A stretch of 64,000 nt of DNA. Origin: a virus. Its lineage: Duplodnaviria > Caudoviricetes. Numbering within the stretch: the first letter of the stretch is position 1; each line of letters opens with the position of its first letter. Shown piece after piece: positions 55,010 through 64,000 of the stretch. Both the position numbers and the translations under genes were made by a program. The notes beneath the pieces were generated by a model that was not told the DNA's origin, searched no databases, and was given only the letters and a program-made list of their open reading frames with translations. The DNA lies in IMG/VR virus record IMGVR_UViG_3300044645_001661. One strand, given 5' to 3'.

Positions 55010-57349
55010 TTAATCGTAATATCTAGGGTTATCACCTCTCTTAAGGGTTCTGGACAAATATTGTTCAGAACCTTTTTTATATGTCATGATATTTTCAATA
55101 TCGTCAAATACTATACTTAAATAATCTGATTTTAAAACATAGATTGATCTTTTTTTCTCTTCTAACTCTATCTCATAATCATAGTTTGTTACTGGTTTTG
55201 ATACTTTATCACCTTCAATTTCTATAACTTTTTGTTCCTTTCTATCATAATATTGAACTCCGTCTGATATTTTTCTGTACCAGTTAAATCCATTATACTT
55301 CCATATTTGACCATTAATTTCAAATAATTCATCTACTTGTGGTTCGTATATATTTCCAGGAGGACTAATTGTTACTTGTGGTGCTGTTTCATATCCTCTT
55401 CCAGTATTTGTAAGTATTAAATCAATGATTACCCCATCTTCAACTAGTGCTCTTCCAGAAGCTGGAATTGGATCTAATGGTGCTTGTATTGTGACTTGAG
55501 GTGGTTGTCTATAATTATATCCTGGATCCGTAATTACTATTTGATTTACCTTTCCATCCGCATAAAGGGCATATCCTTGAGTTGTTCTTGCTGGAATTGG
55601 TGGTTGTATTGAAATTGTTGGTGGTTCAGAATATCCTCCACCTGGATTGGTTAGTACAAAACTACCTATATTTTCTCCACTTAGTGTTACATATCCTCTT
55701 GCTTGTAAGTCAATATTATATCCATATGCTTTTCTAGTTGAAGATCCAGAAATTATTAATCTAGTTCTTGCAGAATTTATAAAAACATCTTGAGGTAATG
55801 TATCTTTTGAAGAAAAATCTAAACTTGTTACTAGAGATGCAGTTCTAATATCCCAAGCAGTAGTTAAAGAAAATGCATATACTGTATTTGAACCACCAAC
55901 AAATAAATCTTTACCAGTATCATTAAAATTGAATCCTAAAATATTAAAATCATTGGTTATTGCTGATATATTTAATGATGATACTTGTATCGGTGATAAT
56001 GTCGTAATATCCCATGCAACAGATAATGAATATTTTCTAATTGTATCTGGAGATTCTCCATCTAGAATAAACAGAGATCTTCCATTATCTTGGAATCTTA
56101 CACCAGCTGGGGTTGATACTGATACGCTGGATTTATAAATTACAGATGTTAATAACCAAGGATTTCCTAAAGTATATTGGGCAATTTTATATCCACTTGA
56201 TGTTAGTCCAGAAACATACATTCTTGTTCCATCTGGACTAAATTCTACACCAGTTGCATATGTAAATGCTACACCAGTGGTTAAATTATATGTTCCAACA
56301 TAAGATGCAGTAGTAATATCCCATGGTGATGATAGTGTATATTGTTCTATTCTTCCTTGAGTATAACCAGACGCTCCATGGGCAGTATACATTCTGTCTC
56401 CATCTGGAGAGATGTACATACCTTCAAGACCAGTATTGATAGTTTGTGAAGGCATTTCACCTAAGAATATAGCATTACTAATAATATCTTCTGGATAAGA
56501 AAACTCTAATATAGGTAAAAATGTATATCCTTCTCCAGAATTGCCTATAGAAACTGAGGTTACTGTTCCTGCAGCACCAATAGTGACGTTAAATTCGGGT
56601 GGTATGGTTGGTGGTGGAGGAGTAAAAGATACTAATGGTTGATAAGTATATCCTCTACCAAAGTCTACAATTGAGACTGAAGCAACTTCTCTCTCACCTA
56701 AAACTGTTGATAAGACTGCAGTTGCAATTGCGACTCTTCCTTGAGGAGGATTCTCAATATATACCTGCACACTTTCATCGTATGCAGTTCCTGCAGAGAT
56801 TAAATTGAGATTTATAATACTTGAATTACTTATTGTTGATGATGCTAATGCCTGCTCTCCAGATATAGATTCTGGTAATTCTATATCATTATTTAATTCT
56901 ATTGTGTATTCTGGTGCGTTATAAAATCCTTCATCTACAAATGTTCCAGAAGGGACAATTGTAATTGAATCTGAAGTTTTATATTCTATGGTCTCATAGT
57001 GATGTATTCCTGAGTAAATATTTTCATAAGAACCATATTTTTCTAAAAGATATTTGTCAAAGGCATATTGAGTCTTTGGCCATTCATTATATACATTCAA
57101 TATATTATTTGATAATAAAACTACCCAATCTAATGTGGAATCATCGTATATTTTTTTAGCGATATTATCTGGGCGTTCATCTCCAATAATATTATATTTT
57201 GTAAAATATTTTAAGTTACCAAATATGTCGTCTCTTATCTTCCCTCTTTTAAATAAATTCTTTACAGGAACATAGTCATTAAGATTTCTCTTTCCTGGAA
57301 ATCTACTTACATATTCAAAATCGGGTACGTTTCTAAAATAGAATGCCAT
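55010..57349 (-). CDS. gp53: Baseplate wedge gp53 homologue with a large internal insertion
   Basis: N-terminal YF..VPDFEY, I.GDERPD, DWVVLLSNNI.N...EWP, IHHYET; C-terminal TNYDYE...E.KR.IYVLK; about 540 aa inserted between. Confidence 0.85.
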   Translation of the reverse strand: MAFYFRNVPDFEYVSRFPGKRNLNDYVPVKNLFKRGKIRDDIFGNLKYFTKYNIIGDERPDNIAKKIYDDSTLDWVVLLSNNILNVYNEWPKTQYAFDKYLLEKYGSYENIYSGIHHYETIEYKTSDSITIVPSGTFVDEGFYNAPEYTIELNNDIELPESISGEQALASSTISNSSIINLNLISAGTAYDESVQVYIENPPQGRVAIATAVLSTVLGEREVASVSIVDFGRGYTYQPLVSFTPPPPTIPPEFNVTIGAAGTVTSVSIGNSGEGYTFLPILEFSYPEDIISNAIFLGEMPSQTINTGLEGMYISPDGDRMYTAHGASGYTQGRIEQYTLSSPWDITTASYVGTYNLTTGVAFTYATGVEFSPDGTRMYVSGLTSSGYKIAQYTLGNPWLLTSVIYKSSVSVSTPAGVRFQDNGRSLFILDGESPDTIRKYSLSVAWDITTLSPIQVSSLNISAITNDFNILGFNFNDTGKDLFVGGSNTVYAFSLTTAWDIRTASLVTSLDFSSKDTLPQDVFINSARTRLIISGSSTRKAYGYNIDLQARGYVTLSGENIGSFVLTNPGGGYSEPPTISIQPPIPARTTQGYALYADGKVNQIVITDPGYNYRQPPQVTIQAPLDPIPASGRALVEDGVIIDLILTNTGRGYETAPQVTISPPGNIYEPQVDELFEINGQIWKYNGFNWYRKISDGVQYYDRKEQKVIEIEGDKVSKPVTNYDYEIELEEKKRSIYVLKSDYLSIVFDDIENIMTYKKGSEQYLSRTLKRGDNPRYYD

Positions 57350-57351
57350 TT

Positions 57352-58782
57352 TTAGTAACCTATTTCTTTAGAAGAGTCGTCATAATCTTTTGCATATATT
57401 GGTTCAAGTTCCATGAATTGTAAACTTAGATTATATGAAAACATTGAATGACTTTTGTTGTCTCCATTTTCCATAAAATCTTCATTAAATGTCATATAAG
57501 AACCATCTGGAGTGTAGTCAACACTACATGCTTGTAATGCACATTTTTTTATTTTATTAATTCCTTTGTGTGGTTTTCCTTGATAAAAATATGATATTTC
57601 ATAAACACAAGGTGCTTTTAAAAACAAATCTTTTGGTGTAGTCACTACTGCCATGGTTTGTTTAAAAAATCTAATAATTCCTTTTACTTGTTCTGCCTCT
57701 TGTATTGATCTTGGTGATAGTTTAAAATTAAATGTAAAAGGTCTTAAAGTAGGACCATCAAATAGTAGTTCTAAGTTTGGGTTTACAATCGCACCAGTTA
57801 ATCTTGCTGCTAAATTTGTTTGTACTGCTTGTTCTGCTGCATATAATGCAACAAAGTTTTTTATTTGTGAGGACACTTCACCATCTTGTGTCGTTCTTAA
57901 AGCATTCTCTAATGCTGCTGTAGCACCTTCTGCACCGCCGTTTATGGTTCCTAAAGCTAGATTTGCACCTCCCATCTGTAATGGTGTTATTGTACCCTCA
58001 TTCCACTTAACACCATTTTGATCTGTAACTGAAGGTTGAATTGGGAGTCTTACTGATCCTTTTATTTCTTGCTTTAAATCTCTTTCTTTAAAGCTGAAAA
58101 TATTACCACTTGCACCATTAACATCTCTCCCACCATATTTAAATGCTTTAAAAACAATATAATCTGTTGGTTGTGATCCTTGATTTAATGGGTATTTATA
58201 ATCTGCATATTGATCTCTTTGTCCTACTCCTTCAAAATTTAAATTTGCTATTCCAGACAAATCTACAGGAGTTGATGTGTTATCTTGATCATTTTGATTT
58301 GCTACATCACCACCAGTAGCGGCAGAGTCTGCTGGGTTTGATGATGCTGGTGGAGTTATAACTCTAGTTTGTTCTTGTTTTGATGTTATACCACTAGATT
58401 CTAATGCCCTAGTTACTTGTACTGATGTGTTTTTATTTAAATTACCGTTTGAATTTTTTAATGAATTTGCGGCATCTGTTCCTAAAACAGGTTTTCCATC
58501 TGAATCTTTTAATAATTCCCAAGTTTGACCATCAGAGGTTTTTGCTGCTGGAACCCAACTTCCTTTATTTGTTACTACACCAGCTAAAGTTATTTGTCCA
58601 GAAACATTTGCAGGTTTCCAATAATAAAGTGTTGTAGTTCCACCAGATACTGCTGCTCCACCAGATTGTTGGGATATTGCAGTTGAAGTTCTATAAAATC
58701 CATTTGTAGTGTCTTTACCAGTTCTAGTTCCAAATTCATTACTACAAATTTGACCTTGGGGGCATTTAAAATTTCCTGCCAT
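57352..58782 (-). CDS. gp48: Baseplate tail-tube cap gp48
   Basis: LPI...TD.N.V.W, NPNLELLFDGPTLRPFTFNFKL.PRS..EA, C.L....VDYTPDG. Confidence 0.88.
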   Translation of the reverse strand: MAGNFKCPQGQICSNEFGTRTGKDTTNGFYRTSTAISQQSGGAAVSGGTTTLYYWKPANVSGQITLAGVVTNKGSWVPAAKTSDGQTWELLKDSDGKPVLGTDAANSLKNSNGNLNKNTSVQVTRALESSGITSKQEQTRVITPPASSNPADSAATGGDVANQNDQDNTSTPVDLSGIANLNFEGVGQRDQYADYKYPLNQGSQPTDYIVFKAFKYGGRDVNGASGNIFSFKERDLKQEIKGSVRLPIQPSVTDQNGVKWNEGTITPLQMGGANLALGTINGGAEGATAALENALRTTQDGEVSSQIKNFVALYAAEQAVQTNLAARLTGAIVNPNLELLFDGPTLRPFTFNFKLSPRSIQEAEQVKGIIRFFKQTMAVVTTPKDLFLKAPCVYEISYFYQGKPHKGINKIKKCALQACSVDYTPDGSYMTFNEDFMENGDNKSHSMFSYNLSLQFMELEPIYAKDYDDSSKEIGY

Positions 58783-58784
58783 TT

Positions 58785-59426
58785 TTAATTCCCCCTAAAG
58801 TCTAAATCATTTTTACCATATCCTTTATAAGTTCTTACTCCTCTTAGCATTTTTTTAAATGTTTTGTTAGTGTCTTTCCAAACATCAGTTACTAAAATGG
58901 ATTTTTCTTTGCCTTCTTTTATTGATACAAAAGATTCAATTGGTATATTTATGGCAGTTATCCATTCATCAAATGCTACATCTAATAATAAACCTTTAAT
59001 TTGATTTATATTATATTTAGACACAGAACTATATGGTAAATTCAATCTACCTCCCATTAAATTTTCTGTTATTATTTGTCTTTTTGGTGGATCAATATAA
59101 TGTAAATTACTTCCAGTAAAAGAATTTCCTGAGGTTGAAATTATATAAACTAAAGGATTTTTATCAAAATACTTTAAATTTTTTGAAGATGCTTCATATT
59201 CAAACATCATCAAATGTCCAACTTTTGGAATTCTTCTTAATACGTTTGTATCTTTGTCTTCTTCTTTACCATTATCTTTTTGCTCATCTAATATTAGTCT
59301 TTGTGGGTCATTTTTATATTTTTCTGATAACCGTGCAAAAGCTCTTCGATAGAAAAATGGAGATTTTCCTTTTCCTTCTAAGTTTACTTCTTCGTTAAGT
59401 TCTTCGAACAGAGTTTTTTTAGACAT
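58785..59426 (-). CDS. gp2: DNA end protector gp2-like protein
   Basis: Y.D..PLV....G.NLHY motif; syntenic between gp4 and gp48. Confidence 0.6.
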   Translation of the reverse strand: MSKKTLFEELNEEVNLEGKGKSPFFYRRAFARLSEKYKNDPQRLILDEQKDNGKEEDKDTNVLRRIPKVGHLMMFEYEASSKNLKYFDKNPLVYIISTSGNSFTGSNLHYIDPPKRQIITENLMGGRLNLPYSSVSKYNINQIKGLLLDVAFDEWITAINIPIESFVSIKEGKEKSILVTDVWKDTNKTFKKMLRGVRTYKGYGKNDLDFRGN

Positions 59427-59869
59427 TACTTTATACCTAAATCATCTTCTGTTATAATTTTAAATTCTAGAAGTCTATCTTTACACCATTCTTCTGCGGC
59501 ATTCCACTTTGCTTTATTTACTTCATACAATTGGGCTTCATATAAAAATGATTTGGTTATTCTGGATTTTCTTTTTGGTGGAGCGGTTTGTCTTTTTGGT
59601 TTGACTTCAACTACATAAGTTTTTATAGTTCCAGTTTTATCTTTCATTTTTACTATAAAGTCTGGGTAATACTTATGAACTCTTCGGTCAATTGGTGATA
59701 TGTAGGGGATAAAAAATTCTTCACTTGCCCACTCTAAAATATTTTCATTCAAGTCACACCATTTGCAAAATTTACGTTCCCAACTACTTCTACAAATAAT
59801 ATTATTTGGATTTCCTTTATATTTTTGTGGGTTTGATGGTCGGTATTTGCTTTTTATGCTTTCATTCAT
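59426..59869 (-). CDS. gp4: Head completion nuclease gp4
   Basis: P.NP.KY.G..RSSWE, W.SEE..IPY, YYPDF, EVKP, N.AKW.AA. Confidence 0.92.
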   Translation of the reverse strand: MNESIKSKYRPSNPQKYKGNPNNIICRSSWERKFCKWCDLNENILEWASEEFFIPYISPIDRRVHKYYPDFIVKMKDKTGTIKTYVVEVKPKRQTAPPKRKSRITKSFLYEAQLYEVNKAKWNAAEEWCKDRLLEFKIITEDDLGIK

Positions 59870-59900
59870 AAATTAACTACATAGTATATAATAGTAAAAA

Positions 59901-59908
59901 TATTTATA
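59901..59908 (-). promoter_or_regulatory. T4 late promoter for the gp4-gp2-gp48-gp53 operon
   Basis: Plus strand TATTTATA, 32 nt upstream of the gp4 start. Confidence 0.7.
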
Positions 59909-59909
59909 G

Positions 59910-60773
59910 ATGGCGGGTAAAAGTCTTCCAGCGATAAATCCTGGGGTATCAATGTCTAGAATAAAAAGTAGACTATTGCAGCCTGCTTTAACATCTAATT
60001 ATTCTGTTATAATTGCTCCACCAGGTAAAGCCTCTTTTCCTAGACAATCTGGGGATAAGGGGTTTGCTTTGTCATTCATAGAAAAACAAATAGGAAAACC
60101 AGTAGATAATGAATTATTAGAACTATCTTGTTCTGAGGCATCATTACCAGGATCATCATTTGCAACAATTGATATTAATAATGATTATATGGGGATAACC
60201 CAAAAACATGCATACAGGAGATTATATGATGATAGGGCAGACTTTACATTTTATGTGACTCAAGATAGTAACTATTATCAAATTAGATTTTTTGAGGCAT
60301 GGATGAGATATATTGCAAATGAGCAATATATTCAGGGAGTTTCTGCTAATGATAAACTTTCTTCCGCATCGATATCTAGAATACAATATCCAGAGTTCTA
60401 TAAATCAATTATACAAATTGTTAAATATGAGAGAGATTATGGCACTGGTAGATCATCTCAATCACCATTATTAATCTATAATTTTGTAGATGCATTTCCA
60501 GTGAGTTTAAATTCTATTCCAGTATCTTATGAATCTTCTTCTTTATTAAAAGTTACTGTATCTTTTTCTTATACTAGATATGCTGTTGATGATTTAACAA
60601 CTGTTGCTGAGACAACAGTTCCTGATAGAAATCCAAATTCAACTGGAAATCCAGATGTTCCACCTGGAACTACAACAGTTCAGTTAAATGGATCAAGAGG
60701 AACTGATATTCCAAGAACTGTTGCTATACAGGATGGTAGATCTACATTATCGCAAATATATGATGATGTATAA
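59910..60773 (+). CDS. Tail-tube-fold protein (gp54/gp19-like baseplate-tube initiator)
   Basis: C.EASLPG, Y.R.YD..DFTFYV, FE.WM, AFP.S......Y....LLKVTV.F.Y. Confidence 0.7.
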   Translation: MAGKSLPAINPGVSMSRIKSRLLQPALTSNYSVIIAPPGKASFPRQSGDKGFALSFIEKQIGKPVDNELLELSCSEASLPGSSFATIDINNDYMGITQKHAYRRLYDDRADFTFYVTQDSNYYQIRFFEAWMRYIANEQYIQGVSANDKLSSASISRIQYPEFYKSIIQIVKYERDYGTGRSSQSPLLIYNFVDAFPVSLNSIPVSYESSSLLKVTVSFSYTRYAVDDLTTVAETTVPDRNPNSTGNPDVPPGTTTVQLNGSRGTDIPRTVAIQDGRSTLSQIYDDV

Positions 60774-60820
60774 GATCTCAAAAACACAATAAATAAAGTA
60801 ACTGAATTTTATAGGAGATT

Positions 60821-61540
60821 ATGCCTTTACCAAAAATTTCTGCCCCAACATATGAGTTGGAATTGCCTTCTACTAGTCAAGTTATACAATATAGACCATT
60901 TTTAGTAAGAGAAGAAAAACTATTAGTTTTAGCATTGGAGAGTGAAGATACTAAACAAATTACGACAGCAATTAAAACAGTTATTAAAAACTGTATACTT
61001 ACAAAAAATATAAAGGTAGAATCATTACCAACATTTGATATTGAATATTTGTTTTTAAATATTCGTGGAAAGTCGGTTGGTGAAGAACTTGAAGTAAATA
61101 TTATTTGTCCTGATGATGAACAGACTACAGTTCCTGTAACTATTGATATTGATGATATTCAAGTGCAAAAAAATGATAAGCACAAAACACAGATTAAAAT
61201 TGATGATTCCATAATGATGGAAATGAAATATCCTTCATTGGATCAATTTATTAAGAGTAATTTTGACTTTACTGGTAATAGTAATATGGAGCAATCTTTT
61301 GATTTAGTTGCTTCTTGTGTGGATAAAATTTATACGGAAAATGAAGCATGGTCTTCTTCTGATGTAACCAAAAAAGAAATTGTTGAATTTCTAGATCAAA
61401 TGAATTCTTCTCAATTTAAAATGATTGAAGAATTCTTTGATACGATGCCAAAACTTTCTCATGAAATTAAAGTTACCAATCCAAATACTGGTGTTGAAAG
61501 TACTGTCGTACTGGAGGGCCTGTCAAGTTTTTTCGTATAG
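60821..61540 (+). CDS. gp26: Baseplate hub assembly protein annotated as gp26 in cyanophages
   Basis: MPLPKI..PTYELELPS, YRPFLVREEK, DIEYLFLNIRGKSVGE, LEGLSSFF. Confidence 0.9.
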   Translation: MPLPKISAPTYELELPSTSQVIQYRPFLVREEKLLVLALESEDTKQITTAIKTVIKNCILTKNIKVESLPTFDIEYLFLNIRGKSVGEELEVNIICPDDEQTTVPVTIDIDDIQVQKNDKHKTQIKIDDSIMMEMKYPSLDQFIKSNFDFTGNSNMEQSFDLVASCVDKIYTENEAWSSSDVTKKEIVEFLDQMNSSQFKMIEEFFDTMPKLSHEIKVTNPNTGVESTVVLEGLSSFFV

Positions 61541-61563
61541 CTCTAGTCCATATGGACTTGGAG
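61528..61563 (+). promoter_or_regulatory. Putative programmed -1 frameshift signal at the end of gp26
   Basis: T_TTT_TTC at 61528-61534 in register; 6-nt spacer; hairpin CTC-T-AGTCC-ATAT-GGACT-TG-GAG (61541-61563). Confidence 0.7.
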
Positions 61564-61719
61564 AATTATTATAAGTTGAATTTTTCTTTGATTCAATATC
61601 ATAAATATTCATTAACAGAGATTGAAAATTTGATACCGTGGGAACGGGACATTTACGTTACTTTATTGAAGGCTCATTTGGAAGAAGAAAAACTTAAACA
61701 ACAACAAAATGTCGGCTAA
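61552..61719 (+). CDS. gp51: Baseplate hub assembly catalyst gp51-like short ORF (missed by ORF track; probably reached by frameshift)
   Basis: MDLENYYKLNFSLIQYHKYSLTEIENLIPWERDIYVTLL; the -1 frame is open from the slippery site; no RBS. Confidence 0.85.
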   Translation: MDLENYYKLNFSLIQYHKYSLTEIENLIPWERDIYVTLLKAHLEEEKLKQQQNVG

Positions 61720-64000
61720 TAAACCAAAGTTTATAGATAAATTTTGGCCAATATCTACTATTGTAGCGAGTAGAACTGGGCAATATAAAAAAATACTTGC
61801 TCAACGAATGGAAGTGAGCAAGTATTTAATTGAAAATAACTTTGGTGTGAAGGCAGATAAAGTAGCAGATACTTTTATTAACGCATATTTGGCGTCTGAT
61901 AAGGATTATCCAGCACCAATTGAGTCTGTACAAAATCCACAATCCAATAAAGATTTTAGTTTACGTGACCAGTATATTTTATTTTTGTGGAATTACTATG
62001 TAAATGATAAAAGTAAAAAGACAAAAATACCAAAAGAAGTTCCACCTAAAGAACAATCTAAAAGTAATGTTCTAGATCCTTCTGGTGCATTAACTTTATA
62101 TGAAGGTACTAAAGAAGAAGACTTAGTTAATGAGGAAATTGATGAAAGAATATTAAAAATACTTGGGATACAAGATATTTTTGATATTGATTATGGTACT
62201 TATTTAAGTCTTCTAAAAGAAAAATTAGTAACAATAAGTATGGGGGATAAAAAAATCCCCAGAGAAGAACAGATATTATTGCAAGATGAATTTAAAAGAG
62301 TAAAGGGAAAGGTTGGTAGATTTAAAGTAAGAAGTAAAAAAATAAATGCAGATAATATTGGAACAACTGGTCCAATAAGAGTATCTAAACAGCAATATTT
62401 TCTTGCTGGAAAAGTTTCTGTACCTGATGTTTCTAAAGAATCTGCAAATATTGGGAGTTCAATAAAAAAAGATATTGAAGCAATAAAAAATTCTATAATT
62501 TCTATTGCCTCTCTTCTTGCATCTCAAAATAAATTGATTCAAAAAGATGCAGAGAATCAAAGAAAAATTGGTGAAAATTTAAAAAGGGGTAAAAGGGAAG
62601 AAGACTTAGAGAAAAGAGATAACAAGTTAAAAACATTAGCATCAAAAGTCTTAGCACCATTCCAAAGTATTCTTGACAAAATAATTAATTTTATTGTTTG
62701 GACTTTGCTTGGCCGTTTAATGGTCAAATTTATAGATTGGATATCGGATAAAAAAAATAAAAAGAAAATTGATACTTTAGTTAGATTTATTGGTGATTGG
62801 TGGCCTGCATTACTAGGAGCATTTTTATTATTTGCAACTCCTTTAGGTGGATTTGTTAGATCTATCATCGGAACAGTTACCAAATTAACATTTAAACTGA
62901 GTAAATTTGCAATTCCAAAATTACTCAACTTTGTAAAAGCAAATCCTGTTACAGCAGCTCTTATTGGTGGTAGTATTGCTGCTGGAGTTGGTGCTTATGC
63001 ATCTACACAACAAGTTGATAAAACAAGAAAAGAAAATAAAAAATCTGATCCATCTACAGTATTACCTCAAGAAACTGCAAAAACTGGTAAAGGACCAGGT
63101 GCTGCACAATTATCACAAGAGCAAATACAGAGTCGTGGATTTAATATGTTTAGAGGTGGTGGATTGATCCCTAAATTTGGGGATTATCAGAAACCTACTC
63201 CAATTAAAAATATTGGATTTGAAAGTGGTGGTACTATCACAGATGATACTGGTGTTAGAATTGCTGGAGCTGGGAAAGATACTCAGTTGATTGCTGCTCA
63301 ACCTGGAGAGATTGTTATCTCTAAACCAGCAGTTGATAAGTATGGGGCAAACTTCTTCTTAGGATTAAACAAGTCTGGTGGAGGAACTAACGTTCCTAAA
63401 ATGGTGAATAATATTCAATTGGCTGCTGGTGGTGGAATGGTTGGGGCATTAGTTCCAGAAAAACCATCTGCGGCTGCCAAGAAATCTGTTTTTAATCCTG
63501 AGGTTGCTAATAAAAAATCCATGATGAGTCTTAATAATGTTGTGAATGTTGCAAGTTCTTTGGATCAAAATAAAAAATTGACAACTCCAACAAAAATGTT
63601 TGGTGATACCTCAGATACTTTACAAAATGTACCAACTGCGAACAAAAAATCAAGTCAAAAGGCACCTTCTATTAAACCATTTTCACTCAAACCTCCAAGA
63701 ACACAACCAAATAATAAACCTTCTAATTTACAAATATCTAATGACATAAATTCAGTTTCTATAAAAGACGCTGCTTTACAATCATTTAGACCATTATCAC
63801 AAAAAATGCCTTTCATTGTACCATTTATTAATAATGCAATGACAATGATAAGTGGTGTTGGTGATACCCTAGTTGATCTTAGAAAAAGAAATATTAATAT
63901 ACGACCAAATATTAAACAATATATTCCAGAACCACCAAGTGGAAGATCTAAATCTAATGTTATTACATTACCTCCAGTAGTAAAACAATCTACAGAATCT
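61709..64000 (+). CDS. Large tape-measure/baseplate-hub-like protein, partial (runs off the window end)
   Basis: Reads MSANKPKF..; long coiled-coil stretch, hydrophobic segments (WWPALLGAFLLF), GGG.I..GAG.DT motif; absent from the track presumably because it has no stop in the window. Confidence 0.6.
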   Translation, partial: MSANKPKFIDKFWPISTIVASRTGQYKKILAQRMEVSKYLIENNFGVKADKVADTFINAYLASDKDYPAPIESVQNPQSNKDFSLRDQYILFLWNYYVNDKSKKTKIPKEVPPKEQSKSNVLDPSGALTLYEGTKEEDLVNEEIDERILKILGIQDIFDIDYGTYLSLLKEKLVTISMGDKKIPREEQILLQDEFKRVKGKVGRFKVRSKKINADNIGTTGPIRVSKQQYFLAGKVSVPDVSKESANIGSSIKKDIEAIKNSIISIASLLASQNKLIQKDAENQRKIGENLKRGKREEDLEKRDNKLKTLASKVLAPFQSILDKIINFIVWTLLGRLMVKFIDWISDKKNKKKIDTLVRFIGDWWPALLGAFLLFATPLGGFVRSIIGTVTKLTFKLSKFAIPKLLNFVKANPVTAALIGGSIAAGVGAYASTQQVDKTRKENKKSDPSTVLPQETAKTGKGPGAAQLSQEQIQSRGFNMFRGGGLIPKFGDYQKPTPIKNIGFESGGTITDDTGVRIAGAGKDTQLIAAQPGEIVISKPAVDKYGANFFLGLNKSGGGTNVPKMVNNIQLAAGGGMVGALVPEKPSAAAKKSVFNPEVANKKSMMSLNNVVNVASSLDQNKKLTTPTKMFGDTSDTLQNVPTANKKSSQKAPSIKPFSLKPPRTQPNNKPSNLQISNDINSVSIKDAALQSFRPLSQKMPFIVPFINNAMTMISGVGDTLVDLRKRNINIRPNIKQYIPEPPSGRSKSNVITLPPVVKQSTES

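Noticed and set aside
1-64000. tRNA or rRNA genes, integrase or transposase, stop-codon reassignment
   Set aside because: No cloverleaf-like or rRNA sequence was recognised by eye (tRNAscan-SE not run), no recombinase motifs were seen, and genes terminate normally at TAA, TAG and TGA under code 11.

Overview
This is a 64-kb slice of a T4-like cyanobacterial myovirus (Kyanoviridae-type; psbA+psbD+talC+zwf+gnd points to a Synechococcus/Cyanobium-type host, an inference). Left to right: (1) 0.1-11 kb, host-derived metabolic genes: SLH outer-membrane protein, two hli, petF, peroxiredoxin, a C39 peptidase/lysozyme locus, psbA, psbD, talC, zwf, gnd and an HNH nuclease. (2) 12.6-31.8 kb, late virion/tail-fibre genes, including a repeat-rich 1326-aa protein, three tandem Cys-rich paralogues and a fibre-assembly chaperone. 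(3) 31.8-49.3 kb, an AT-rich tailoring island: 2OG-Fe(II) oxygenases, GT9-like glycosyltransferase, two carbamoyltransferases, flavin halogenase, ADP-heptose enzymes, glutaredoxin, bilin reductase, sulfotransferase, speD. (4) 49.3-49.9 kb, a glutamine-riboswitch-like (glnA) locus with small ORFs. (5) 50-64 kb, T4 core genes: thyX, phoH, exonuclease, gp33, gp59, gp32, gp53, gp48, gp2, gp4, gp54-like, gp26, gp51 and a tape-measure-like ORF running off the end. The strongest signals the ORF track does not explain are two in-register -1 ribosomal frameshift cassettes (A_AAA_AAG plus hairpin joining C39 peptidase to lysozyme; T_TTT_TTC plus hairpin joining gp26 to gp51), a tandem glnA-type aptamer whose second copy encloses a 50-aa ORF, and RpaB/HLR1-like 8-2-8 repeats on the hli, psbA and psbD promoters. 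Family assignments come from motif recognition by eye; no database search or folding program was run.
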